This document shows positions 1-35,586 of a stretch of DNA of 64,000 nt, one piece after another. The notes under the pieces were generated by a model. That model was given only the letters and a program-made list of their open reading frames with translations, searched no databases and was not told the origin of the DNA. The DNA is from Chrysomallon squamiferum (lineage: Eukaryota > Animalia > Mollusca). The position numbers were made by a program, and so were the translations under genes. Location of the stretch: positions 7,006,001 through 7,070,000 of the forward strand of contig CM022669.1 in the NCBI GenBank assembly GCA_012295275.1. Direction: 5' to 3'. Every line of letters starts with the position of its first letter. Position 1 is the stretch's first letter.

Positions 1-134
1 ATAAAATTAAATAAATGAAAATCAAACCAAAAAGAAAACATAATCAACGTATCAAACCGCAATCTAAATTAATGCCCAAGAATAAACAATCTTTGAAATA
101 TAAAAGTGCAAGATTTACACACTTTAAAAATGCA

Positions 135-193
<59 letters not shown>

Positions 194-1045
194 CAACAAC
201 AACAACAACATTATTTTCGGTGATTTATTTATTCTTTTTTATTACGTCATATGCCAAATTTACATTCTGAGCAGAAAGTCGTGTTGCAAATCTAACGTAA
301 TCAACAGATAAAATATCTCATTACCCTTTGATAGACCAGTAACTGTGGTGTATTCGTGCCCTAATTTATAAAGAGGGAAAAGAGTTACCTCCCTCCCAGG
401 CTACCTTTATAATAATAATAATAATATATGTAATAATTATTATTATTATGTCGGGGAATCAGAAAATGGTCTCGGATACAAAACATTTACAGGACGCTTG
501 CTCGCACCAGCCATTGGTAACATACAAAAAAAAAAGAGTAGCAAACAGAACTACTGTATAAATTAAAATCATAAACGGATCTATTTTAAAAGGATATATT
601 AACTTATTCAAGTCTGTAAAAGAATGTTTGCCAAAAACCTGTTTTCACTAGCTCTCTCGCATTGTTGTGTGTTTTTATTGAGTGTGATTCATTTTAAATT
701 TATGTTGCTGATCGAGAATAGAAACAGGCAAACTAAATTTTTTGTTATCCTTTAGTGTGAGTACTAAACAGAGCAGTATATAAAGAAATTATTAAAAAAA
801 AAAAAAAAAAAAAAATTATTTAAAAACCCACAAAAATAATTTAAAAAACTAAAACATAACAGTGATGTGCGTAATTTACAATTTAAATAAATGAAGGAAC
901 ATACCTTTCTAATAACTCTGAGGCCTGTACTACAAACTGAGAAATGTAGTCAAACTTATTCTTACTGTCAATAAAACTGAGAAGAATAAAATCAGACGTC
1001 TTCTTAGGAACATATATTCCCCCACCCCACCCGACCCCCGAAGAA

Positions 1046-1153
1046 ATGCGGTTTATCATTATTTTAGTTCCTTTTATTCTTTTCTTCTCCTCTTTATCAC
1101 ATAATGTAGTATCTGTATTGACAGTTCCGCCCATGAAACCTGAAGTGTCACAG
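1046..1153 (+). CDS. DUOX: Candidate signal-peptide exon of DUOX (MRFIIILVPFILFFSSLSHNVVSVLTVPPMKPEVSQ)
   Basis: ATG at 1046 is followed by a basic residue and a hydrophobic core typical of a signal peptide, in the CpG-richer 5' zone. The donor CAG|GTCCAT is weak and phase 0, while the best next acceptor (TAG 1353) is phase 1; it fits only with the AG at 1355. Confidence 0.35.
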
Positions 1154-1353
1154 GTCCATAAGATCTAACGCGACTGTGTTATTAGTCCAAGAATGTTATT
1201 GATGCAGCTGCGTTATTCTATCTGATTTTGAACGTTGTCTCTTAATGATGCAGACATATCTACAAAAATCATCAACCAACGTAAGAAATACACGCACACG
1301 CACACGCACACTAACGCATACGCTGACTATTTTATTTATTTATTTTTTTATAG

Positions 1354-22906
<21,553 letters not shown>

Positions 22907-24125
22907 ATAAAGAAAGCCATGAATGTGAAATCCAGCCATATATTCCCATTTACCTTAGAACTGTATTTAAACCAAACATCTATTATAGATATTATTTTCT
23001 TCGGAACTGAGACACTCATAGATATATGCATGCATGTATGCATGACACAGACACACACAATATAGCTAGTAATAATAACAAAATTCCAGAAAAAAAATCT
23101 ATTAGTATAAAAGAACAATAACATACACCCTTCAAAACAGAAAAATAAATGGAAGAAATTCAAAATAAAACCAACAAAAGAAATAATAATAATAAAAGAA
23201 AGAAAAACTGATGTAAGAATTGTTGCAAATGGAATATTTTGGAATGTTATCAAATGATAAAATTATCCAGGATAAATCAAACCTAGACCAAAAGAAAACC
23301 TCAGTTTTGAAATAAAAAGTTTACTGAATATTTATTTTTCAGTCAGCAGATTTATGAGACTTACAAAGATATTTTTTCTTCTTCATCGCCATCAGTTATG
23401 TTATTGTTATTAAAACATATTAAATTGTTTGATGTTAAAATTAATTTCATTCCTGTCATACTTCTGCTAATACAATCAGTTGTATACATACCGGGTGGGC
23501 CAAACAAAACACACAGAACTCAACATTTCATAATCCCAGAAACCACAATTTTAAACTTTTCTAAATATGTTTAAAGACACTGATATTGCCCATTACTGGA
23601 CAAAACTGCATGCTAATACCTCTGAAGGTTTTTACATAAAGCCATAATGAAAATGGGATATTGAAAAATAACTGTTTTGGAATGTAAGAATACCATCAAA
23701 CCATTTAGTCTGCTTGAACAGATGATATGTTGGTTTTCCATTTTTTCTTGCAGACTTTTCCTAGTCCCTTTCTTCAAGACAAAAATGACTAAAATCATTT
23801 TTATTTTTTCCAGTCCCAGTACTTTTGTCTATTCATCCAAGCCAGACAACATTTTCCCAAATGACACTTGATTGACAGGTGTCACTGTAGTACAATGTGT
23901 CATGTTCTGTATCTGATTTTGATTTTGATCTCATGTCTCCTGCTAGATATATTAATTTGAAAATAACAGACAGTATAACCATATCCTTATCCAAATCCAG
24001 GTAGGATTCAAAATGTGTTTTTTCACATAAAATGTTATAGTTCATTGCAGGGTTTTTTTTTCTAACTTCCTGGTTTCTTTTTAACCTAATCCGATATTGT
24101 CTTCATATTCATTTATTTTAGTGGG

Positions 24126-24160
<35 letters not shown>

Positions 24161-25333
24161 ATAAACTTATATGTTATTTATTCACATCTTCGTTAAGTTT
24201 CTTTACATTTTGTATGATAATTTTTGTATTTCATATACATTTCATTACATTTATATTTACATATTAAATATTGTTCATTAAGTTTATATTTAGATATTAA
24301 ATATTTGTATAGATATATTAACTACAATTTTCTTTAAATCATTAATTTGTTTATGTTCATTTTCTTATTTCATTGAGCATTAACATTCTTTTATTTTACA
24401 TTTCACTTTTAATTTTTAAATAATTAATAATTATATTTAGTTCAGCTTAATTTAAATTTCTATATAATTAATGATTTTTACATTTAATTATTATTAGATT
24501 TTAAAATTCTAAATACCAATTTGAATTTAAATTGCTGTATCATAATATATATATATATATATTTTCAAATTTTCATTTGACATCAGATCTTTTTGGTAAT
24601 TTCTTTACAAATATTTTAATTTCAAATATTCCCAATATAATTTACAATTAAATTTCATGGTTGTAGTGTGTGATTGAGAAAGAACAATAATATATATAAT
24701 TTCAAAAGAATTCAGTTATTTCTGCTATTAAAAATATATATATATATATATTCTGATTCTGCAATCATATGCTTATAATAAATGAATGCAGTTGCCATAG
24801 ATACAGTGTTACTTTGGAATACATGCATAGATATGTTAAAATATTCTAACTTTATTACAGACTGTCAGCTTAAAATGCTATAACTTCATTTTATGTCAAA
24901 AACATTTAAAATTTTTTTTTTTTTCTAAAAATGTAAACTATAATGAATATTTTTTTGACAATGTTAAATTTAATTAATTCATCTGATAGCTTATTTATGA
25001 AAAAAAAAAAAAAAAAAAAAAAAAAAACGCCAGAATATTTAATGAAATATTTGTTTTATATCCATCTGTTAAAGTTTGAGATAATTAACATATTTTTGCA
25101 GCTACCAAATAAACAGTAATGCCTATTTTATAACCATGGAAAATTAATTTGGCTTTTTTCTCAAAGAAAATGAAGACACACAGACACTCAAGTTCAGTTA
25201 AAATTATAGGAATCCATCTTGCTTGTCTTTGAATTTGATTAAATCAGTTATTTCTGTACCTTACTTTGTCACTATAATTCAAATACAAGTAAAAATAGGG
25301 TTTTTTGTTCATTTGTTTATTTTCTGTGGGTAA

Positions 25334-25364
<31 letters not shown>

Positions 25365-26893
25365 TTTGGCAGCAATAAAAAAAAAAAAAAAAAATTTTTA
25401 ATAAATTAATTCATTTTTAGTGTAATTTTGACATTAGTTACGAATAAGTTTTCTTTTCACTGCTTAAATATATTTCACAATTATTTAAGCTTACATTTTA
25501 TTGGTTAAATTTATTCTCTGACTATTATTTACTAATTACATATAACTCTATTATATAAGCTTAAGCTTACTTACATGTAATTGTCATTAGTATTAAATCC
25601 TATTTTTCAGTAGTTAGTTTATGTAATAAAACAGTTTTGTACTTTAACCTTTCATGATATAAATGCTGCATTTTATGACATATACTTTTACAACCATATG
25701 TGCAAATTATTTTTGTACAATTTAATTAATAAAATATTTTAAAATATAATTAACAGTATTATTGTTTTAATTTTCTTGTAATATTTATAAAGTTTTTATT
25801 TATTTATTTGTTATAAAGAAAATTATTTCATTGCTTATCAGTTGAATTTGTTTATCTATCATCAGCAGGTATCTGTCCCATTTGAAAATGAGGGATCAGA
25901 AAATTAAAGAGTGAAAATTAAATTAAAAGGCTCTTTAATACTGTGGGGAGTTTTCATTCATTCATTCCTGGGACTGGTTTTTTTTTTTTAAAATGAGAAA
26001 CAAGCCACCGATCTGATGTGTTTAACATTAAAATTATAATGTATAGGATTATCAAATCACTTATATTACTGTCATACTTGATTATCATCAAAGAACAGAC
26101 ACCCATACCCATAAAACAATCACTCAATGCAAATCATATTTAATATGATGAAAGGCCAATTTAATGGTTATTTTAATTGATAACAAAATGCTAAATGCTT
26201 TTGACATGTTTATTACAAGACTACTATTTAAAAAAAAAAAAAAGAGAGAATTAAAAAAAATTATTTATTACATGTAGGACAAAAAAAGGAAAAAAAAAAA
26301 AGAAGTAGTTCTACATTTTTTATTACATTAAAATGTACAAAAATACACACAGATGTATTCACAACTCACAGTACACAAGTACAAAACCGTATCTGAAAAC
26401 GATATGCATAATAATAAAAAAAAAACTGTTTTCTTTCTTCTTTGAAATGCTATTTGTTTTGGTACAGAAATCAGATATACCAAAATTGGAACAATACAGA
26501 GAAAATTCTTTATTCCATCACTAGATTGTTTCTTTTATCCTAATAAACATGATTTTGTTCCAATAAATGTTTTTGGTCTTGCAAAATGCTATTTCATTCT
26601 AAAAATATTAACATAGTGGTCATGATATTAGTATTTTATTAGTAAAAAAAAAAAGTAGTTTTTACAATGGTTTTGTTAACAAACATGAAAATAAGATAAA
26701 AATATTTAACAGTACAATTTCATATCAATGAATCAGTGACAGTATCTTAAATATTTTCTGTTATTTTATCTTTAAATAAAATCTGTACAGTTGATTATAC
26801 AGGTGACAAGAAAACAAAAATAAACAAGCTTAAAACAGTTTCCAATTAACCATAACACATCTGGTTTGCTTTTTGATAAATAATAATAATAAC

Positions 26894-26930
<37 letters not shown>

Positions 26931-29457
26931 TATATGATTAATTCTAAGTCAGAACACACACAAAAAAAAAACATTCTTTGTAAAGCTCTATTCACACTAA
27001 TTCTTTATTTTTATTTTCTTTTAACAGGTCTAATTTCTGTTTTCTTCCAAAAGATTTTTATACTTTTTTTTTTATTCAAGTAAAAAAATATAAAGTTTAT
27101 TGAAACAAAAGAAATACTGAGATACTACTCAAACAATATAAAACAAATTAATGGTTTTCTAATGCTATTTTCATTTTCTACTCTGGCTCATAGCAACACA
27201 CATCAGAAACTGAAATTTCTGATTATTATTTCAACACAAAGTAAGTTAAAGGTAAACATGAGATTTTTATCGGTGTACAATAAAGTTTCTCTTTTTTGGA
27301 ATTAAAGTACGAAGCAAATGATATGACTTTTTGTAAAATTGAAGTCTTTTGCACCTTTGCATAATGCCCATTTTTCATATGACAAATTAAAATAAAACAC
27401 AACTTCTGTACATTATCTGACTTCACAAATGCGGATTCTCAGCAACTTGGCAAGTATTGTCAACCTCAAATTTGAGAAATTGGAAGAAAACTAAAATATA
27501 AGAATAATGATGTAGGAAAATGTTTGTTCAAGTGATCATTAACAAAGATTACAATCAGCCTATAAACAGATTTTGTTTAGTAAATTATATTTGATAAAAT
27601 AAAAGGTTAAAATCCACTCGGTACAAATATAATGGACAAAACTAAAATCTTACAAAAACTGTTTTCTTTCTTTCAGACTATAATGAAATCAGATGAAAAT
27701 GACAAACATAAACATAATTATTGTATTTGCTAAAACTTCATTCTATCAAGATTTAAAAAAACTCTTTTTACATATTCCTTGGGGTTTATCTGTGTCTTTT
27801 GTCACTGTGTTTTTGTACACAATGTCATTATAGCATAAATACTGACAGAAAATATTAGTAAACATGGATTTTGGAAGCTTTTAAAACAGTCATCTTTCAC
27901 TGATGCAGTGATATGGTCTTTAACAGAAACATTAATTAAATCTCAAAATAATTTTTGGTTTACATACACAGCAATCAAAAAATACAGCCACACACAAAAT
28001 AATAAATGAGACATACAAAAATATCTATATATACTGACCTTGTTAAATGCCCCTGCTTAAATTAGATAATGTGTTTTTGATAAATGTTTAAAATAAAAGT
28101 TAAATTACGTCTTTTAAATACAAACATAAAATGGGTTACAGCTTAAATAAAGCTACTGAAAACGAGTAAAATATGGCAGTCAGTTACAAAAATGTTAGTA
28201 TTAAAAAGGTCAATTAAAATATATATATATATATATATAATAATTACTTGTACAGGTGAGTGAAATCCAATTGCAAATTGTGAGAATTTTATTTTTATAA
28301 GAATGTCAGTTCCAAATTTGGAGAAAAATAAAATTTAAGAAATTTTAATTAAAACTTCTTTTTCATTCTAAGCTCTGAACATCACTGGCTCCTTTTGTAA
28401 GTGTTTTTGTATTATTTTATCACTGCAATCATTATTTAGTTTTTTATTACTTTTAATTTGTCTTTTACCAAATAATTATTTTTTTTCTTTTTCTGCCCTT
28501 TTTAAGACGTTTTTGTCAAGCATGTTGTAAAAATTATTTTACATTAACCACTATTTATCTTTCCTTAAATATTTATTTTAGTATTTATACATTTCCCACC
28601 CTCTCCATCACACCACAAAATTCAAGATAATGCAAATGATTAAAATTTAAAGGTATATACTATATCTTTGGCTTTTGCTATGAAAATCACAAAAATCTTT
28701 ATCGAACGGCTTGAAGTATGAGACTGTAGTATAAACATCTTTGGACACAATCAGTGGGTTTTCAGACATATTTGCTTAAATGCAAGAATCTAAGAATCAT
28801 GGTTTTCAACATGATTTAACACAGCTTTACTAATCTCTTAATATAAATGCTACACATGTAATTCCAAATGATTTTTTAAATATACTTTTTTGGAGATAAA
28901 GCTTTCATAATAAAAAAAAAATAAATCAAGCAAATAACAAGTCAGTGCCAATTTTATGAATGTTAAATTTTGTCCTGAATACTTGTGATATCTTATCTGA
29001 GATTAAAAAACAACAACAACAACAATTCAATGGAAACTTTGTGTAAGACTTATGTGAAATGCAGTAAGAAATAAATAAGTATACTGGCAGTCTTGATGAA
29101 TCTCTTCAGACTTGTTCATATTTGCCTTTGTTCTTAGTAAAAATTGATATCCACTTGCAAATGAAACAATCACTTGAAATTATACATAAACATATTACAG
29201 TATAATGTATTTTGGCTACCTGTCATTAATGCCACGAGTACATTTTAATGATTTTTGACTCTGCAAATAAATAGTTGAAAAACATGAGACAAAATGTGAT
29301 AGTGACTAACAAACAAACGACAACTAACTGCTATAAACTAAATACATTATTTCATTCACAAGTTGTTACAAAACTACTTTTTACATTTTTAAGTAGAAGG
29401 AAAATATTTACATTTGAGTCTGATGAGTACATTTCAGTAATTCTTTCTTAAAGACAA

Positions 29458-29497
<40 letters not shown>

Positions 29498-31179
29498 GGG
29501 TAATGACTTTGTTTTCTTGGTTTATAAAATATTTTTTTAGTAGGCAATCAACTAAACTATTTCCAAAATAGTTTCACTCAACACACACACACACACACAC
29601 AGATATATACATACATATATGTAATTTTGGATTTTATCTTCTGAAACAGTATATTTACCACAAAAAAAAAAAAAAATAAATAAAAAGGATTCTAAGTCAT
29701 GAATTATGGTTTTACATTTTTCATTAATAAATATCATCAAAAGCAGCAACTGCAGCATTGTAACAAAATATGCCCTAGATTTATTAGTTAAACGTTTGAG
29801 GTATAACAGACTTCAGGATCAGTCCTCTTGACAGTACAAATTGATTCCAGCTAATGTCACACAAGATGGTGTGTTCTTTAAGTGCTTTATTAACCACTAT
29901 TAGGCATCTGACAATGGACCTTATCTTCCTATTGATTTCTTTCTTTTTTTCTTTTTTTTTCCCCTCTTGCCCATGTGTATGTGATCATAAATGTGATCAA
30001 AGGTATGTTTATGATAGTTTCAGTCACATGTGCAAATTTTACAATATTTTATGTGCGTTTTACAACTTGGTGTATAAATGCTATTTTAAAAATACTGTCA
30101 AACTGGGCATTTTATGGTAATATATTCTGAATTAAAATACAAATGTGATTGTAAATAAAACATAAATGTCATAAAATAAGTTTTAAATATCAGTTCAAAA
30201 ATAAATTTAGGTTAGTTAAGTTATGTGAATTTTATTTCTTGCTTTGATGGATTCATTTTTAAACTGCATATGTTTTAAAATAGTATCCCTGTTATCGTTC
30301 TTCTTAGAATTTTGTATCACTTCACATAGTTGCTAGTAACAATAATAATAAAAAGTAGTAGTAGTAGTAGTAGTGGTAGTAGTATTAGCAGCAGCAACAG
30401 CAGTAGTAGTAGTAGTAGTAGTAGTAATAGCAGCAACAGTATCATTGCTCCTTCATATGGCTCCTGTTCCTCATTTTCTCCTTTTACAAATTATTAGCTG
30501 GTTTTTACAAGTAAAAATAAAAAATAAAATTTACAAAATAAAAGTTTAGAACTGAAAAGAAGGAATTGTTTTCAAAGGACAATTATTTAACAGAATTTGT
30601 TATAATATTTTAAAAAAAACCAAGAAACAAATAATGAAAAAGAAAGTAATATGCACTCTCTTAAACTGAAAATAGAAAGTAAAATTAAACAAGATTTTTC
30701 TACAGGCAATTACATCTGTAGCAGATATACAAATTTACCATTTTAATTAATGAAAGGGCAAAAAATATTAATTTAATAATTTTGTAAAGAAGAAGTAACT
30801 AAATGCATTTTAAACGAAAATATCATTGTTTCAAAATCTTTTGGCACTAACATTTTTCTTTGCTTAACAAACATATTAAAAAATATAAAACATATACATC
30901 CACAAAACAATAAATGAATATTTTGATATTTTTTGACTTTATCATTGTTTAAAAAAATAAATCAACAAATGAATTTTAGCTGTTATTAATAATTGCAGTA
31001 ATTTTAGTAGATACTGGTAACTGTGTTGTTTTGGCAGAGGCTGGGACAAAATATGTAATAATAATAATAATAATAATAAGGTAAATAAATAAATAAATAA
31101 ATAAAACTAACAATGAAATTTCTGGCTCAGTAACATGGTTATCAAGGATCAAATTCAAATGCCCCAAAATCCTGAGAAC

Positions 31180-31210
<31 letters not shown>

Positions 31211-31735
31211 TGAAGTACCCTGTATACAGACTTAGGAGAAAACTGTAATAATAAAAAGAAGAAGGAGAAAAGAACTTACTAACACAGATTTCAAGAAAGA
31301 CAACATATTAATAAATTCGACACATACAAATTATTTAACATGTTAATAAAAGTAAACACATATTTTAGTGCTGAGTATGTCTGATATAAAACACTGGATA
31401 TAAAATGGAAATCAAAACAGAAAATGTCTGCTCATATGTTTGCAGCTGGTTACAACAATCTGCTGTTTTGTGGATAAATCACAAATTCAGAGAAGTTTAT
31501 AGATTATTTCAAATTGTTTTTTATTTTCAAAAAAATAATAATAACAATAAAAAAGAAAAAAAAAAAAAATAATAATAAATAAATAATAATAATAATAACA
31601 ATAAAAAAGTTAAAAAAATAAATAAATAACAATAATAAGAAGAATAATAAAGAAAGAAAGAATATAGATAAATGACTGAAATGGGTAAAAAGAATAAAAA
31701 AAAATAATAAAAATAAAAATAAATCAAAACTTTTT

Positions 31736-32100
31736 GTTGTCATAGCAACCACACTAATTTGTCTTGGTTTATTTTAAAGCTTTTGATTAAATCTGTTAAA
31801 ACAACAGTTAGACCTGTCTTCTTTGCAATGGTAACCAAACTTTCTCTTCAAAGAATGATAAATTTATTTCTCGAACTTCCACTGATCTGCACAAAACATA
31901 TATTTAATTCAGCTGGGGTTTAAATCTCAATTCCTTTTTTTTATAGCACAAAAAAATAAAAAAAATAAAATGCACATTTTTGTTGCCATAGTGACCATGA
32001 TATAAATAATTTAGTCTTGGACATTACCAAAAATGTTTACAGACTTAAATGGCTGACAATAAACCCAACATACTAAGTTAATCTCTGTTGTCACAGCAAC
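31736..32100. promoter_or_regulatory. Cluster of four RFX X-box-like palindromes
   Basis: GTTGTCATAGCAAC (31736), TTTGCAATGGTAAC (31822), GTTGCCATAGTGAC (31982), GTTGTCACAGCAAC (32087), compared with the GTTGCCATGGCAAC consensus. Confidence 0.5.
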
Positions 32101-32500
32101 CAAACTTTTGAATTTCTTTATATAAAAAAACAAAAACTTTGTAGAACACATTTTCAGATACACTGGCCATAATTTCTCACATCTTCAAAAACAATGGCAC
32201 TGCTAATGTGAGATTTGTTTTTGTCTTTTCTCTTCACTTTTTCATTCACCAACCCCAGCCAATCAGCTCAAGTTTAGCACATTAAAAATAAAACCCGAAC
32301 ACTTCCATTGTTTCCAGTGAAACTGCTATTTCCACAGTAATGAATAGCTTAACCAGTTATCTGCCAAGTAAATAATAAGACCACTCATTACACTGTTATC
32401 TCCCCAGAAAGGAACGAGGTGATAGCTTGAGGAAACAGCAGCATGTGTAGTTCTATAGTGAAGACCTGGGAAATTCTCTCTCAGTTTCTACATGGAGTAC

Positions 32501-32538
32501 TCAGTCATCCAGCACAATCACATCAGTTGTTTCTTTTG
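32501..32538 (-). CDS. Terminal coding exon (A)KETTDVIVLDD* with a SUMO-interacting-motif-like C terminus
   Basis: tttttcatttag acceptor, phase 1 matches the upstream donor, TGA at 32503-32501. Confidence 0.85.
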
Positions 32539-32834
32539 CTAAATGAAAAATAGTAATTAGTTTTAAATTCTTGTTTTACATTAGCAAAAATGTAATGTTC
32601 TATCTCTGTATGACCAAATTAAAACTAAGTAACACTAGATATCTTTATTACATGGTAATGACCATTATGTTAAACTCATCAAAAACATTGAGGATATATA
32701 TATATCTGTGTGTGTGTGTTTGTGTGTGTGTGTAAATACACAAGTATACATTCATGTGTGTTTGTGTGTAAATGAGTGAATGAATATATTTTTAATAAGG
32801 AGTAATAATACTAATAAGGTGTAAAATATTTTAC

Positions 32835-35586
32835 CTCCTGCACCATCCTGGCCTTCCCTTAATTTCTTCACCATCTCCTCCAGTCGCTGGCATGGCTGTT
32901 TAGACTCTGATTCTGCTGGAGAACTACTCGGTCTTTTGTTTGTCTTTTTCTCACTGTTCTCAGCTATATCACTTGGTATCACTTTGCTGGTATCACCTCC
33001 ACCACCACTGCTACTTTGCAATGTGGTCCTCGTTGTACTGGCATCATCAGCATCATCAACAGTTGTCTGAGTGAACATGTAGGACATCTGTGGGAAGTAA
33101 CTGCTAAGGTCAGTGAGTTTGATCATCTTGTTACATTTTAGAACGGACACTGGAAGATTATAATACTGAATGAATGCCTTCTCCTCCTTGTCTGTACATG
33201 AGTACAGAGGAATCTTCAGAACGTTCTGGAGGGCATACAAGAACTCATTCATACTGCTCTGAGAGAAGTAAAGTTTACACACTGCCTCAATCAGGCAGAA
33301 TTGGCCACTGCGGTCTGATTCATTCACTGCCATGCACGAGATACTCTTTCCATTCAAGACAACTCCTGTGATTTTACTCACAAGCTTTTCAGTGCTCTCT
33401 TCCTCTTTCTTACTATCAGATGCTGCAGTTGTTGCTGCTGTTGTAGGTAAAACTATTGAGGAAGATTGTTTGCTGGGAGCTGATGAGATGACTGAAATTT
33501 GTGGTGCTTGTTTAGGAGAAATCTGAGTGTTACGAACATTGAGATGTTCTGCTGACTTATGGCTCACTGGGAATTGCTGATGTGGATATGTCGATGTGTT
33601 GCTTTTGGCAAAAGGATGAGTTGGCTGATGAGATGATGTAGGTAGCTGTGTGGCTGCTAGTAGGGGTGGAGTTGGAAGCTGTGGTACTGACACTCTCTGT
33701 GGTATTTTCATAGCACTCACAGAGCTGGAACTGTTTGGTACAACACTAACATTTGGAGATCGGTATCGATGTGCATGAGAAAAACTCTGTCTGGTTCCTG
33801 TGCTACTAGGTCCTGTCTTACCAAGAAAACCTGGCTGAGAAGGACCACGCGAATGTCCATTTGGCAACATGTGGGGTGACATCATTCTGCTGTTCACATA
33901 CATTTGATTACTTGTTGACTGACTTGATAAAAACTGACTTCCAGGAATACTTGGTCCAAAAGGATTTCTAACATTGGGCCCATAAGAATTAGTAGAAGTA
34001 TGAGGTCCATAAGAATTACAAGAAGTATGAGGTCCGTAAGAATTTCCAGAGGTAACTGGTCCATATGAATTCCTGGCAATGCTCAAGCCATAGGGGCTCA
34101 GGTTAGAGTTGGTTTTGGTTTGGTGATTAAGTTTTGAAGACACTTGTCTTGATGGTGAGTTGAGATTTGTGACACTGCCATGTGGTACTGCATCAGGTGA
34201 CATTACTGGAAGACGCTGACCTTGAGGCAAAACTGAATAGTTTGATACTGACTGAGGAGGAAATGGAGGTCTCATCATTGACATCATGTTCATATATGGA
34301 GAATAAGCTGGAGAAGCTGCTGAAGGAGAATAATGAGGGTTGGGGTATCGACCAAATGGACTTATGTTGGGAGCAATACCAGGGGGCATGGACTCAACTT
34401 GAGGATGAAGACCATCAACAGGAACATTGATGTCTGTGGGAGGGATGCTAGACTGTGGTGGGATTCCAATGCAGTCTTCCTGTTTCTGTAATACTGGTGG
34501 TGAAGATGTGACAAGATCGAGATACTGGGCATGTGACAAAGGGTCATCAAATGGAAGCTCTAAAATGTTCACTTTACATCGTTGTGTTACCTCTGACAAA
34601 TGAATCACTTTTGTACTTTGGCCAAAATTGAAATCAAAACCAGCTATTTTACATGTGTCATTGAGCAAGTTGCACTCAGCCTGTGTTGGTAATATCCCTT
34701 CTATCTGAACATCTGTTAGCAAGCCTGCTGCATATTTTATTACAGAAAGAGGCACATATTTCCCATTGAATCTTTTGATGTATGGAGAAACTGTGTTATT
34801 AATCTGCACCCAGCCACACACTTTGGCAAGTTCTGTCTTGTCATGATCTGGCATGGAACCAGGCATTAAATGTTGTGGAGGTGGTGGCTGTGGTGGTATG
34901 GGTGGTGGCTGCAATGGGTGTGGTTGCTGTAGTGCATGTGACTGCTGAATCTGCTGAGGTATGCCACTTTGGAACCTGGCCAGAACATCATCAGGGAAAG
35001 TCTTCTTCACAATGTTGTAAAAATCCTCAAACTCTGACAAGTCTACAATGAGATCTTTTCCAGTGAATTCTTGTTGACCGTACTCGTAACTACAGTGAAT
35101 GCTGTTTATCTCATTCAGGAGTTTTGCTTCATTCTCTGTGACAAAGTAGCTAACCAGTGGCTCTTTTCTGCTCAGCTCATCTGGAAATGAGTTGGGATAC
35201 CTGCTGAGTAACTTTCTCTCCACTATCCTCACAGCTACGAACTTTTTCTTCTTCCTCAGAATGTATGGCACATTAACACCATCCACTGTCTCCCATCCAA
35301 ACACACCTTTGATGCTTTCCACATCTATCCTGTCCTCAATGTTTTCAATGGGCTTGACAACATCGGGTTTCGTACATGTTTTTGGATTGTAAGACACTGG
35401 AGCAGTTGATGAAGGAACAGAACACACTGGGGCAGATCCAGGCAAACATCTCTGACCACCAGGAATGCCAAACTGCTGTGGCCCACATCCCAGCCCATTG
35501 CCCACAACTTGCTGCAGCTGCTGTATGTAGGGCACTTGGTTCTGGACAGCAGATTCCTTAGGTTCACTCTTCATCTGGATAGGCAT
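32835..35586 (-). CDS. Large coding exon of an uncharacterised ~929-aa nuclear-like protein with three Ski/Sno/Dach (DHD)-like domains and a P/Q/S-rich low-complexity region
   Basis: 2.75-kb open frame of non-repetitive sequence. Acceptor gtatttcag ends at 35602, an in-frame TGA lies 6 nt upstream of gccATG (35586), and the donor G|GTAAAA is at 32834. The ORF-track tail (KIFYTLL...) is intronic. Confidence 0.9.

Noticed and set aside
452-462. NF-kB-like site GGGGAATCAG upstream of DUOX
   Set aside because: The 3' half does not fit GGGRNNYYCC.
23488-31226. Mariner-like terminal motifs (taccgggtgggccaaa ~23489; tttgaagtaccctgtata ~31209) as one element
   Set aside because: The ends do not match each other well and no transposase remnant is recognisable; at most they are isolated fragments.
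32752-32834. Hydrophobic C-terminal tail (KIFYTLLVLLLLIKN) of the 944-aa ORF as a membrane anchor
   Set aside because: It lies past the G|GTAAAA donor; a phase-matched terminal exon exists at 32538-32501.
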